Of a stretch of DNA of 64,000 nt, positions 23,218-36,599 are shown piece by piece. The position numbers were made by a program, and so were the translations under genes. Under the pieces are notes generated by a model, which saw only the letters and a list, made by a program, of their open reading frames with translations, ran no database searches and was not told where the DNA came from. The stretch is from Octopus vulgaris (lineage: Eukaryota). The DNA lies in the NCBI GenBank assembly GCA_951406725.2, contig OX597815.1, forward strand, positions 193,812,001 through 193,876,000, read 5' to 3'. How positions within the stretch are numbered: the stretch's first letter is position 1; the number at the start of each line of letters is the position of its first letter.

Positions 23218-23592
23218 TGAGTCAGCAAAAAGGAGTATGGTCGGACATTTCTTTTTAATCACTACAATTGTTTCCGCGCAACGTCGTTCTCAAGGTGTGC
23301 CGGTATTTGGTAATGCAACTGTTTCCCTGCATTATGAGATCTAGTTGTGTTTCCTCTGGCGATATATAAATATTGTCTCCGTTAGTTCACATTCTCAGAG
23401 AGAATATACTTGAAGCGGAAAATGTGAACTTACGGAGATAATATTTACATATCGCCAGAGAAAACACAACTAGATCTCATAGTACAGGGAAGCAGTTGCA
23501 ATATCAAGTACATGCATGCCTGGAGAACTACGTTGCTTGGAAACAATTGCAGTGATAAAAAAATTTCCAACCGTACTCCTTGTTGAATCCAG
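23218..23592. mobile_element. Fold-back (palindromic) MITE-like element
   Basis: Two ~180-bp imperfect reverse-complementary arms around a ~20-nt spacer near 23400-23418. Confidence 0.8.
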
Positions 23593-23605
23593 TGGCTGTG
23601 TTTAG

Positions 23606-24005
23606 AGGCGGAGGAGTGGCTGTGTGGTAAGTAGCTTGCTTACCAACCACATGGTTCTGGGTTCAGTCCCACTACGTGGCACCTTGGGCAAATATCTTCT
23701 ACTATAGCCTCGGGCCGACCAAAACCTTGTGAGTGGATTTGGTAGACGGAAGTTGAAAGAAGCCCGTCGTATATATGTATAAATATATGTGTGTGTGTAT
23801 ATGTTTGTGTGTCTGTTTGTCCCCCCAACATCGCTTGACAACCGATGCTGGTGTGTTTACGTCCCCGTAACTTAGCGGTTCGGCAAAAAGAGACTGATGG
23901 AATAAGTACTAGGTTTTCAAAGAATAAGTCCTGTGGTCGATTTGCTCGACTAAAGGCGGTGCTCCAGCATGGCCACAGTCAAATGACTGAAACAAGTAAA
24001 AGAGG
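23606..24005 (+). mobile_element. SINE family B
   Basis: Family B head and tail. Confidence 0.9.
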
Positions 24006-24051
<46 letters not shown>

Positions 24052-24529
24052 ATATGTACATACATACATACATACATACATACATACATACATACATACA
24101 TACATACATACATACATACATACAAAATGAAAGCACAATAGGCGTTTTCGAACGAAAAGAAACCTATACTGTGGGGAGACAGGTGGAAAAATACTCAAAC
24201 GTACGTTCTCACGCGCATGCACTCACAGACACATGTGTGCAAACATAAAAACAATAAGTACGTTTGAATGACTATATATATATATATATAGACACACATA
24301 AAATGAAAGTAAATATTACACGTCTCTGACATGTTTTACCTTCACGAAAACCAGAATTTGTCATTTTTATGGAGAAACACCCATTTCCCTATTTAAACAA
24401 ACGATAAGAAGTACGTTTGAATGACTAGCCTTCTGTTAGACCTTCAACGGCACCCAACTTATTCTCATTATTCTGTAAAGTGCTGAGAGAAGAAACGAAA
24501 AGACTTTAAATATATATTTCAAAAGGCTG

Positions 24530-24985
24530 ATTTTTCTGCGACCAAAATTTCTTCAAGCTAGTGCCCTAATGACTGAAAGAAGTAAAAATATTTTTTAAAA
24601 ATAAAAAAAAAACGAGAGGGGTCATTAAAAAATTTCAAGAGATTTGGCTGTTGTTTCTAGCATGTGGAGATACCTTCAAGCCTTAACTTCATGCGCTAGT
24701 TGAAAATCATTAGAATAAATTCTGGGCTCGTTACATTCGACTAAAAATTCTTCAGAGTGGTGCCCCAGCATGGCCGCGATCTAATAACTGCAACAAGTAA
24801 AGTTTTTTTTTAATCCAGCGTCGATACATTCGATTAAAAATTCTTCAAGTCGGTGCCCCAGCATGACCACAAACTAATAACTGTAACAAGTAAAAAAAGG
24901 GGGGGAGGAATACTGGTTCGGCAAAAACTTCTTCAAGGCGATGCACCAGTATGGCCGCAGTCTAATGATTGAAACAAGTAAAAGG
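24530..24985 (+). repeat. Degenerate tandem copies of the SINE-B 3' module
   Basis: TTCTTCAAG.CGGTGCCCCAGCATGGCCGC..TCTAAT.ACTG.AACAAGTAAA repeated three to four times. Confidence 0.65.
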
Positions 24986-25120
24986 TGAGAAAAAACGAAA
25001 AATAATGGGAAAATATAACCGTGAGGCTTTCGTCCCCTTTCACACTTGAATTATGGGGCTTTTGTCCGAGGGAGCTTTTGTGCGTGGCGCTTTTGTACTA
25101 GGAGACTTTTGTCCTACATT

Positions 25121-25218
<98 letters not shown>

Positions 25219-25819
25219 CACATACACACACAGGGCTTCTACAAAGGTTCTGCCCACTAAAATTCACTTGACCCAGGATTACAGTAGAACACATTTGCCC
25301 ATGATGGTGTGTAGTGGGACCGAATTTAAACATAGCCGTACACAGAAACTAAATATTACTGATGTTATAAGGGGTGTCTCGTTAAATATACCCCCGTTTT
25401 CCCTCGGTTTTAATACAGCATTTTGTCAGTAACCGTAGGGTTGAAGCCATTGGGTTTATACACACAAGAGCACACACACACACAAAACTTTCACAAATAC
25501 GAACATAAAGAGACATAAAGAAAGAGAGAGACAGACAGACAGACAGACAGAAAGAGAAAGACAAAGACAGAGAGAGAAAGGGGAAGAGTATAAAAATAAA
25601 AGAGACGGATACAGAGAGAGTTACTATGGCCAAACAGAAACCGTGCGTCATGGTAGACGTCAATCTACTTGGAATTCCCAGTGAAGTAGTAAATAACACA
25701 GAATGAAAGAGGAGTGTCTGGCAGGACGACAACGTGGTTCCTTTCTATATACTTTTTCACAAAATATTTCCGTTACTGTCTTAGTTAAAATATTGATAAG
25801 TATGCTACTCCTTAATACG

Positions 25820-26212
25820 TGGAGGCGCAATGGCCCAGTGGTTAGGGCAGCGGACTCGCGGTCATAGGATCGCGGTTTCGATTCCCAGACCGGGCGTTGT
25901 GAGTGTTTATTGAGCGAAAACACTTAAAAAGCTCCACGAGGCTCCGGCAGGGGATGGTGGTGATCCCTGCTGTACTCTTTCAATACAACTTTCTCTCACT
26001 CTTACTTCCTGTTTCTGTTGTACCTGTATTTCAAGGGACCGGCCTTGTCACTCTCTGTGTCACGCTGAATAGCCCCGAGAACTACGTTAAGGGTACACGT
26101 GTCTGTGGAGTGCTCAGTCACTTACACGTTAATTTCACGAGCAGGCTGTTCTGTTGATTCGGATCAACCGGAACCCTCAGCGTCGTAACCGACGGAGTGC
26201 TTCCATCCATCC
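25820..26212 (+). mobile_element. SINE family C, full length
   Basis: tRNA-like head with A/B boxes; TSD ACTCCTTAATAC on both sides. Confidence 0.9.
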
Positions 26213-26362
26213 CACTCCTTAATACAACAAGATACCAGTACTGTTTATTTCTTTATTAACCATGAGGTTGAGAAAAAGAGGGGACGATACAAGGACAGAC
26301 AAAACAAACATAGGGGTCAGGGGATCGAATGAGACGAATGAATAAACAAACAATTAAAATAT

Positions 26363-26735
26363 AGGCGCAGGAGTGGCTGTGTGGTAAGTAGCTTGCTAAC
26401 CAACCACTTGGTTCCGGGTTCAGTCCCACTGCGTGGCATCTTAGGCAAGTGTCTTCTACTATAGCCCCGGGTCAACCAATGCCTTGTGAGTGGATTTGGT
26501 AGACGGAAACTGAAAGAAGCCTGTCGTATATATGTATATATATATGTGTGTGTTTGTGTGTCTGTGTTTGTCCCCGAGCATTGCTTGACAACCGATGCTG
26601 GTGTGTTTACGTCCCTGTCACTTAGCGGTTCGGCAAAAGTGACCGATAGAATAAGTCCCGGGGTCGATTTGCTCGACTAAAGGCGGTGCTGCAGCATGGC
26701 CACAGTCAAATGACTGAAACAAGTAAAAGAGTAAA
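26363..26735 (+). mobile_element. SINE family B
   Basis: Family B head and tail. Confidence 0.9.
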
Positions 26736-27085
26736 TATGTCAGTCATCGACAACCCGCGACCCGCAGTACTTTCTGAGTTTGCATACCCAACGTAAAACT
26801 GCCAAGACTTTGTTTATAGAGGGGCGGCTCGCTTGATGATGAACCTTGTGTCTTTTCAACCTGCTACTCGTAAAAAGGTTGCCCATACCTACTCTATGCG
26901 ATTCTTCGCTGTTTCAGAGATAGCAGCAGCCAAATCTCCCTCAAAACACACCCAACAGGCTGGAATATCCGTGGTCTTAGTTCTATTCGTTCTTGTATGA
27001 AGTAATAAGAGCTTCAACCAACAAAACAAATTGCCAGGCGGGTGTAAGACCTGCAACTTTTTGTAGCCAAATTATTTGGGCGTAA

Positions 27086-27447
27086 CTTCAGTATAGGTAC
27101 CGGAAAGTACCGGATACATTTCAAGAAAGTGTGTTTTATATATATATGGGGTGTTAGGGTTAGGGTTAGGGTTAGGGGTGGGAGAAAAGGGTTTCTGTTA
27201 TCTTCAGAAGTATAAACAAAGCCACTTCTGAAGATAACAGAAACCCTTTTTATGGAGAAACACCCATCTCCCTATTTAAACAAACGATGAGAAGTACGTT
27301 TGAATGACTAGCCTTCTGTTAGACCTTCAACGGCCCTCAACTTATTCTCATTATTCTGTAAGTGCTGAGAGAAGAAACCAAAAGACAGAAGTGCGCGATA
27401 AGCAAAAAATGGCGATCCTTCGGTATAGGTACCGTAAGTACCTGAAG
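27086..27447. mobile_element. Non-autonomous element with internal (TTAGGG)n and a perfect 27-bp hairpin
   Basis: Ends share GTATAGGTACCG..AAGTACC; TTAGGG x4 at ~27154-27177; hairpin 27185-27250; part also present at ~24365-24505. Confidence 0.6.
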
Positions 27448-28312
27448 TGTAAACAAAAAATAGGAGTGATAGATTGAATGATGTGACCCTAAATACTTAT
27501 GATAGAACAAAAGTAAGATATAAAGAAAAAATGATTGTCATAGAGTGAGAATATTTTGATAATAACTCTGATTCATCTATTTTGACCTAGCTTTAACCAG
27601 TAACAAAAAAGACAGCTTATTTCTTTGTGAAAAAGGGCCAGCTACAGTAAATAGTAGATGTTTTGTCTTGATAATTTGAATAAGGACTTACACAGACATA
27701 CAACCTACAAGAAACAGTGTGTATTGTGCAAGCCAGATTATATATGACATACGTCACGATGTTGTAACGACGACGTAAATTGCTAACCGTCGCGTAGTTT
27801 GCTTGTTGCTTGTGTTGAGTTGATCAACGATCAAACGTCTGAGTCACTGTCTTTGAAGTGGGTGGCTTAATTATCATTGATGTGGTGTGCGTGTGAAATG
27901 TACTGGTTGCATGAATAATAATTGCAGCAAAATTGCACAGCGTAATATTTGATGTTGGCCATTTATAATGAGCAAGACTAATAATTATTGCCGTCAGGGA
28001 GGAGTAAAAACCGCATCGTATCTGTAGATGCTATCTATAGGACATTTTGTGTATGTTCAGAATCGGTCTGTCCGATAAACGAGAGATCTGCGCAAAGGTC
28101 CGAGGAGACGGTCTGTGATGTGAGCGGTCTATCGGATGTCTGGGCTCTGAGTTAAGCGCCAAAATGTTTTCCTAAGGGACAAGAAGTTGAATTTTAGAAC
28201 ATTCGAGGAAACCAGATCACGCCACAGCCTCACACTGATTGGTCGATTTATAGACCAATCACATGAAATTGTGGTGGCTCACTCGCGGTTAGCGGTTAGG
28301 GCTTGAACCCTT

Positions 28313-28543
28313 GGCGGCGAGCTGGCAGAATCGTTAGCACGCCAGGCGAAATGCGTAGCTGTATTTCGTCTGCCGTAACGTTCTGAGTTCGAATTCCGCC
28401 GAGGTCGACTTTGCCTTTCATCCTTTTGGGGTCGATTAAATAAGTACCAGTTACGCACTGGAGTCGATGTAATCGACTTAATCCATTTGTCTGTCCTTGT
28501 TGGTTCCTTCTGTGTTTAGCCCCTTGTGGGTAGTAAAGAAATA
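28313..28543 (+). mobile_element. SINE family A monomer
   Basis: 20-bp TSD GGTTAGGGCTTGAACCCTTG at 28294-28313 and 28544-28563. Confidence 0.92.
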
Positions 28544-28934
28544 GGTTAGGGCTTGAACCCTTGCTACAATAGCTTGAACAATTAGCAAACTGTTGAAATA
28601 TATCTTCAAACAAGAAACAACTAAGTCTGTTTTAAAAAATGGCTCTATAATTAACAATTTCTGAGTAACAGAAAACATAACTACACATATATTTACCTGG
28701 CGGAAGCTATTATCTCCAGGTCTGAATGCAACGGATATCTTTCAGAAACAAAGAAAAAGAAGCATTGGCCCCAGTACTGAACTGGTACTTTATATATCGA
28801 CTTTGAAACCATGAAAGGTTGACCTCCACAGGAAGTGAAAATGCTGAAAGCCAGAACAAAAATCAGAAGATTCTCCCTGACGCTCTAATGTTTGTCCATT
28901 CGCTACATCACCCTAATTATGTAGAAATTGTAAA

Positions 28935-29165
28935 GGCAGCGAGCTGGCGAAAACGTTAGCACGCCAGGCGAAATGCTTAGCGGTATTTCGTCCGTCGTTA
29001 CGTTCTGAGTTCAAATTCCGCCGAGGTCGACTTTGCCTTTCATCCTTTCGGGGTCGATAAATAAAGTACCAGTTACGCACTGGGGTCGATATAATCGACT
29101 TAATCCGTTTGTCTGTCCTTGTTTGTTCCCTCTATGTTTAGCCCCTTGTGGGTAGTAAAGAAATA
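28935..29165 (+). mobile_element. SINE family A monomer
   Basis: Family A; TAGAAATTGTA duplicated on both sides. Confidence 0.9.
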
Positions 29166-30261
29166 TATATATATATAGAAATTGTACTTCTAGCCGTACG
29201 ACGTTGGGGAACAATGCCATAGCCTTTCTATGGATAACAGTATCAGAAACCTATTATTTTCTACTATCATAGGACAAATCAATTTGTAGAATAAATATTT
29301 CCGCATCGTGTCGAATTTGTTTTGTCTATTGAAGCTGCGGTCAACAACCGGATCTCTTTCGGTAAACATCTGGTAATAGATCTTAAAGGGATCCGCCTTC
29401 TCACTTCTCTATATCTCTACAAAGCTTGAACTGTGAAAAGCAGGCATACAAAACAACTTGACTGTTTCCTCAAGAGTTGAACCGGAATGAGGAAATCAAC
29501 GGGCAAGAAAGAATTCCGAATATTGAAGTCCTTGATAGGGATTTTACGAAACTTTTTCACATATTTCGGAGGTTTCAAAGAAGACTAGCACAGTACGACG
29601 TTATACTTATTTCGTGTTAGTCTTCTAACATAATTCAGTTCACCGTCAGGGTATTCTGAAAGAATATCAAAACGATTTTGATACTTGACTGGTAGTTATT
29701 TAATTAATCCCAGAAAAATCAAAGTGGACTTCAACGGAATAGAGCAGAAAACATAGATATTGCATGCATTTTCTCTGATGTTGTTAATGATTCTGACAAC
29801 TCATCGTGTATTAAATGTCTATCATCAATATATGAATGTACGGTCGACCTAAGAAAATTCCCAATTGAGAAACAAAAATTCTACTGAAATCCTTAACTCA
29901 TGAATGCTCAGAAACAAAAGAATAATAGAAATATAACAGAGAAATTCTGGCAAAAATGTATTTACTGCACCTAAATACATCACATAGTGGTGGGAGTTTC
30001 ACTAAACTGGCCCTTTCCAAACAAATTGTTTCTATAAGACGATAGAATCGATTAAGTCAGAGAGGTTAAGATGTTCTTCTTTAGTCCCAAGTCAGAGAGG
30101 TTAAGATGTTCTTCTTTAGCCCCAAGTCAGTTTTAATCGATTAGACAGACCTCTGATCAATTAGACCTATGGTTAAACAAACCCATGATCCAAGACTTTC
30201 CAATCGTAAGCATTGCATCATTTTCGGTGTACATATGACATCTATATCTATAAAACTCAAA

Positions 30262-30297
<36 letters not shown>

Positions 30298-30548
30298 TTT
30301 ATGCGTTTCCACATCTTTCATCCGATTTTGATGAAATGTTTTATTAAATGGCAAATTTACTCAGGTAGGTAAAAATGCACAGGAGTCTTTAGTCACCTGT
30401 CAAGTCATAACAAGGGCCTCAGACAGATAATACATTCGTTAAGATGTGCCCAATAAGGCTGCTTTTTGCAAGACTTCAATCTTGCATGGGATTTCCAGTT
30501 GCCTTAAGAAGTTTTGAAGTTTCAATGGGATTATTATTATTATTATTA

Positions 30549-30598
<50 letters not shown>

Positions 30599-31149
30599 GA
30601 GTGAGAGACCAGTGCATGCCATCAAAGTGACACTGGGGTAAAATATACGAAGCCCAATATACCCATCATGACTACCCGTCTGATAAAGGTACACCAGGCA
30701 CATGCATCACAACCATATGTGCGCGACATGGTGATCTCATATCAAGAAAAACAGCACATGACCTTGCAGGTGGGGCCCAGTTAGAATTTTCTTCAGGTTG
30801 AGTAGCCCATCCCGCTCAAAAGGTTCCTGAATAAGGGTTGTTTAAGGATGTTGAAAGAACCACCCATGTTTCCAGAGGTGAATTATTCAAACCCCAAAGA
30901 ATCCCTCTCAACACATGGCTATGATGCTCCCCCACTACTTCTGCTCGTGATCAGAGATGCACATATCGTCAGCCACTAAGGGACATGCTCAACTGGTTAA
31001 GGTCAAACAACTGGCAAGCAAATCTGTGGTATTGAGCAGAATATTTGCTGTAGCCCATCTTTTATACCAAGACAAAACAATGTACATGATAACACTTCCA
31101 ATCAGTTAAGATCAGAAGCCATGAGAGCCACTGCCTGGTACTGCATCAG
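30599..31149 (-). mobile_element. ~550-bp non-coding interspersed element embedded in (TAA)n
   Basis: Near-identical to 59411-59966 in opposite orientation; both are flanked by TAA/ATT tracts. Strand is assigned from the AAT polarity. Confidence 0.85.
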
Positions 31150-31157
31150 TATTATTA

Positions 31158-31188
<31 letters not shown>

Positions 31189-31194
31189 TTTATT

Positions 31195-31582
31195 TATTAT
31201 CTTTGCACACTTCTAACGCTAGAGATGTACAACGGTGTCAGGTGTTCACTACCAGTGATCTAAGGTAACACCCCTTATTTTTCGAGCACCATCCATAGTA
31301 TTCGAGCGGTTCCAAGCAGTGCTGTTTTCTGCAAGTGCTCCACCCTTATTGCATCCCCTATTTGTGCCATGTACTTCTCAAGATTTTTACTCACTGTTTC
31401 CAGGGCTCCGACAATTGTTGGTACTACTACCACCTTTTTCATCGACCACAACTACTTAACTCCCCAAGCTAACCTGACATATTTATCAACTTTTCTTTCT
31501 TACTTATCGCATACCTTGTCAGCTGGGCATGCTATATCTATGATCCGGCATCGTTTGCTTTCTTTTTCGATTAACACTATTA
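31195..31582 (-). pseudogene. R4/Dong-clade retrotransposon 3' end (RLE domain)
   Basis: VLIEKESKRCRIIDIACPAD...KVDKY...VVVVPTIVGAL...LQKTALLGTARIL; flanked by TAA tracts. Confidence 0.85.
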
Positions 31583-31591
31583 TTATTATTA

Positions 31592-31758
<167 letters not shown>

Positions 31759-31871
31759 GTTTTTATTATTATTATTAGCCTCAATCCTGTTTAGAACTGC
31801 TTACCCACTCCCCCGTACTATCTCGCCTTGTGCCAAAATTAGTAACCATTATTATTATCATTATTATTATT

Positions 31872-32094
31872 AGCTGGTGGAATCGTTAGCACGCCGAGCG
31901 AAATGCTTAGCGGCATTTCGTCTGCTGTTACGTTCTGAGTTCAAATTCCGCCGAGTTCAACTTTGCCTTTCATCCTTTCGGGGTCGATTAAATAAGTATT
32001 AGTTACGCACTGGGGTCGATATAATCGACTTAATCCGTTTGTCTGTCCTTGTTTGTCCCCTCTGTGTGTTTGTCCCCTTGTGGGCAGTAAAGAA

Positions 32095-32096
<2 letters not shown>
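31872..32096 (+). mobile_element. SINE family A in an (ATT)n tract
   Basis: Family A sequence. Confidence 0.85.
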
Positions 32097-32179
<83 letters not shown>

Positions 32180-32180
<1 letters not shown>

Positions 32181-34446
32181 TATACGCACAGCAGATTAGA
32201 CTGTTCGAAAAGAAAAATTCCTAACATATGGCTACAAGTAAACTTAGATCCCAAAAACCCTCCCAAGTATCCTAGCTGTCCCTAATAACACTGTTTTCTG
32301 AAACTGTACTAGACTGGGTTCTATGCTTATTTCCTCTATCCATCTATTTAAATCTTCAGGGGTAGTTCCTAATGCACTTATAACTACTGGAATAAATTTT
32401 ACCCACACTTTCCATAGTCTCTGTAATTCAATGACTACGCCCTGATACTTCACTATTTTTTCTACACCTCTCATATTGGCTTTTTCATCATTTGGGACTG
32501 TAAAGTCAGTTATCTGGCTTTTCTTATTGTCTTTATCTACTACTACTAAATCAGGCTTTCTAGCTTCTATTACTCTGTCAGTCTGAATGTTAAAGTCCCA
32601 TATTTTATACTTCTTACTTTCTAGTACTTTAGCAGGTTCATGTTCATACCATTTATCAGTATGGTCAAATCCTAGCGTTCTACATAACTCCTAGTGGACT
32701 ACTCCCCCTAGGTTGTCATGTCTTTTCTTGTATTCTTTCTGTGCCAGCATGCTACATTCACTTACTATATGAGTAGCACTTTTCTCCTTTGATTTGCATA
32801 ACCTACATTGGGAATCTACTTGGTTTTTGTCTATCTTGGCTTTTATCCAATTAGTCCTTAATGTTTAATCTTGTGCCGCTACAAACAAACTCTCCATTTT
32901 CAGCCTTCCTTTCTGCAACCATAACCATGTCTCACTACTACTATTTGCTGTAAATATCTTTGGGAATCTACCATGTAAAGCCTTCTCTTCTGCCAGTCAG
33001 ACAACTTCTGTTCTCTTTTCTGGTTTTTAACTTCATTTGGCTTTTTGGTTTCCCTATGTCCTACTGTAACTCTAGCAGCTCTTAATAAACTTACTTCACT
33101 ATTACCTACATAGGAGTTCATATCTACTGTAGCTAATTTCATGCAGTCTTCTGCTAATATTAACCCTCCTCCATCTTCCTTTCTAGGTAATTATAATCTT
33201 GCTACTCCTGTCATTGGGTGGAGTCATCCATTCATATTGAATTCCTTCCTAGTTCTTCTGTCTAGCTTTGCTAATTCAGATTTGAAGCAGTCTACAAATG
33301 TTGCTCAGTATCTAAGTAACGACACTTCCCAAGTATTTACAGTCTTCACTACATTTTGACAATTTAGCTTTGACTTCATTAGCTTCCTCACCCTTCTAAT
33401 GTACTCCTCAATTTTCGCTTTCATTTCTATAGTTAGTACTCTGTCAGATTCTAATACTCCTAGATACTTATATCTCTCCTCTTCTTTTAATGATTTTAAT
33501 GTCTGGCTACCTGATAATTGGATGCCTTCACTGTTGGTTACCTGTTCTCTTTTAATGACTAATATTACACATTTATCTATACTAAATTTCTACTTTCCGT
33601 TTCTTCATGCTAAAATTAATAAATTCTCTTATGTTGTCTACTGTACTGTATTTACTCAAACATTCACTTATCCAAGAGTGTGGGGTCATGTCATAGGCTT
33701 CCATAAATCCATTCATGCTATTGTTAGATTTTTCTTTGTAGATTTTACTACTTTGTCTATGTATAATAGACCATGCGTTCCTCTCGCCTTCTTCCTGCAA
33801 CCTTTTTCCTTCTTCTGGTAGTAAATTCTAACTGTCAGGGTGATCGTAAATGCGTTCTGAAAGAAGCTCCTACACAAATGATAAGCAAGTGATTGGTCTA
33901 TAATTGCTAGCTGTATTACCTTTGATTTTGTCTTTCATAAGGAGTATTGTTCTCCCTCTAATCATCTATTCTGGAATTATTCCTCCATTAAGGTAATCCT
34001 GAAGTTGTTCCCTCAGCCTCCCATGTAAGCTACGAAATTTCTCTAACCAGTACCTTTGAACTAAATCTGGTCCTGGACGCTTCCAATTTGACATTTTTCC
34101 TTACACTTTACTCATTATTGAACTAGTTAGTCTTAGATCTGGCTGCTTGTTTCTCACTCAATACTTCTTCCATCACTTTCTTTAACCAAACTGCTTCTCC
34201 ATTATGATTGACTTGCTTATCCCAAATATTGCTCCAGAACTTTCTAACTTTTTCTTCATTAGGTTTCTCATCTTCAGTACTTTCTTCTCCACTTTTTATT
34301 TGGTCATTAAATCTCTGATCTGTCTCAAATAATCTATTCTGTTGATACTGATCTATTCTTTTCTGATATCTATAAAGCTTACCAGCTACTGCTATGATAC
34401 GCTGTTTTAACTCCTTTCTGACTGTCCCAAATCCTTTCTTTTTAAC

Positions 34447-34450
<4 letters not shown>
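32180..34450 (-). pseudogene. R4/Dong-clade non-LTR retrotransposon remnant (partial RT, CCHC finger, RLE)
   Basis: PGPD.VQRYWL, NYRPITCL, AYDMTPHSWI, CRLCKS....THIVSEC, KKRHDN, RKPDLVV, PVVISALG, QKTVLLGTARIL. RT core deleted; (TAA)n on both sides. Confidence 0.9.
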
Positions 34451-34534
<84 letters not shown>

Positions 34535-34748
34535 GGCGACGAGCTGGTAGAATCGTTAGCACGCTGGACAAAATACTTAGCGGTATTTCGCCCATCGCTA
34601 CGTTCTGAGATCAAATTCCGCCGAGGTCGACTTTGCCTTCCATCCTTTCGGGAATTGATAAATTAAGTACCAGTGAAACACTGAGGTCAAAGTAATCTAC
34701 TATACCCGGCCCCCAAATTTCAGGCCTTGTGTCTTTAGTAGAAAGGAC
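34535..34748 (+). mobile_element. SINE family A, alternative-tail variant
   Basis: Family A head and body with a CCCCCAAATTTCAGGCCTTGTG..TAGTAGAAAGG tail. Confidence 0.82.
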
Positions 34749-35295
34749 TGTTGTTGCTGTTGTTACTGCTGCTGCTGCTACTGTTGTTGTTGTTGCTGTT
34801 GCTGCTGTTGTTGTTGTTCAACCGCAGACCAAACCTGACTGAGGAGGCCTATGACCAAAATAATTCCACCCGTGACCATCCAATCTTTTTAGAAGTATCC
34901 AGGAGTACATTGTCCAACAACCTTCTTATTTTTAAGATGGATGATCTGAAGGAGATTTGGCCGCCATTTATAGCAGGTCATGTGACAGCGTCGAAACATC
35001 TTCGGTGAATTAGGAGTGAATCCGTAGCCATTGTAGGATTTAATTAGACGATGGGGAAAAAATCGTAACTGGGTGATGCTAAGAATTGAATATTCAGTTG
35101 GATTCTTGCAGGAAGGAAAGAATGCAGAAAGATGAGAGCCGAAAGAATAGAATCTATAAAAACGAGATAGCTGTTAAGGCCCATTCAAATTTGGTAACTG
35201 ATCCAAACTGCATGTACAATGTCAAATTGTTCCTCATGTTTTGTAGTAATAAATGCTAAATATATATGGTTTGTGCGTGCGTTACAGCTACAACT

Positions 35296-35590
35296 TTCAC
35301 TCCGTCGATTACAACATCGTGGGTATCAGTTGATCCGATCAACGGAACAGCCTGCTCGTGATATTAGCATGCAAGTGGCTGAGCACTTCACAGACACGCG
35401 TGTCCTTAACGTAGTTCTCAATGAAATTCAGTGTGACACAGAATGTGACAAGACTGGCCTTTCGAAATACAAGCACTACACATTTTTGCCAGTTGAGTGG
35501 ACTGCAGCAAGGACACAACACATTGAAAAGAATCGAACTCGCGATCTTACGATCGTGAGCCAAATACCCTAACTACTAAGCCAGCACCTT
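35296..35590 (-). mobile_element. Diverged SINE with a family C tail
   Basis: GATCCGATCAACGGAACAGCCTGCTCGTGA... shared with 1490-1870. Confidence 0.75.
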
Positions 35591-36041
35591 CACTTCTTGA
35601 CTGCTAAGCACTCAAGGAGCCAATAAAAAAGCATCTTTATTTGTCACTGAACCTGCTAAAAGTAGCAGCCGACCATATACACGGTCGTCTGCAAAAAAGA
35701 AAAAGATGTTATTCGTACCTAGTCACACGATTTTGTTTTGTTTTTAATTTAGGATGTATTTTTTTTTTCTTTGGTTTGTTGTTTTAATAGTTTGGTTTCG
35801 AGGAGCGGTCTGCATCCATGCTCATCACAAGACTGGTCAGACTGATGCAAATAATGCTCTTTTTGCACAACTAGAAGTCGACAGCTGCAAGAAAGACATG
35901 AATAGCAAGGACCATTTTAACATCATTATTGGGCCCCAGACAAACCAAAGCAATGGGAGTATCCCTATATATACAACTATAGCATGCATAGATTAGCACT
36001 GGGTACCTTAAACCCATGTGGCCCATAGGCAACTGCTCAAG

Positions 36042-36101
<60 letters not shown>

Positions 36102-36194
36102 ATAATATTAGGGAATAAATCCAAACTTACAGGGAAAAATTAGATTTAGGATTAAATCCAATTTTATAGTATAAATATATTATATTATATTATA

Positions 36195-36256
36195 TTAAAT
36201 TAGAGATAAAACCACTATTAGGCGATTTGCCTAATAGTGGTTTTATCTCTAATTTA

Positions 36257-36257
<1 letters not shown>
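36195..36257. repeat. Perfect 29-bp-stem hairpin between (TA)n tracts
   Basis: TTAAATTAGAGATAAAACCACTATTAGGC-GATTT-GCCTAATAGTGGTTTTATCTCTAATTTAA. Confidence 0.92.
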
Positions 36258-36316
<59 letters not shown>

Positions 36317-36599
36317 TAATATCAAAGGGTAATCAGATATATTAGAAATTTCCATTACCAGTGGCCTAGCGTGTAAAAATTTAGTCAATAGCCTATATAT
36401 TATTCATATAAATACAGTGTACATTTAAACACGTAAGAGGCATCCATCATAGAACTTCTTGCATGCTAGAGAGAAGTCTAGGAGTTAGATGGTAAATGTT
36501 TTTATTTTTCATTCCCTTCGAAATTTTATCCCTAATAGTGGTTTGGAATTTAACTGTTCTCTCTAGCGTGCAAGGAGTCCTATGATGGATGCCTGACGC

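Noticed and set aside
25820-25895. tRNA-Arg gene
   Set aside because: Head of a multi-copy SINE with tail and TSD; the acceptor stem does not close.
29250-29620. Possible additional minus-strand exon
   Set aside because: Short open stretches only; stops follow the best acceptor in all three frames and no motif is recognisable.
30054-30130. 35-bp direct tandem duplication
   Set aside because: Two copies only; ordinary slippage duplication.
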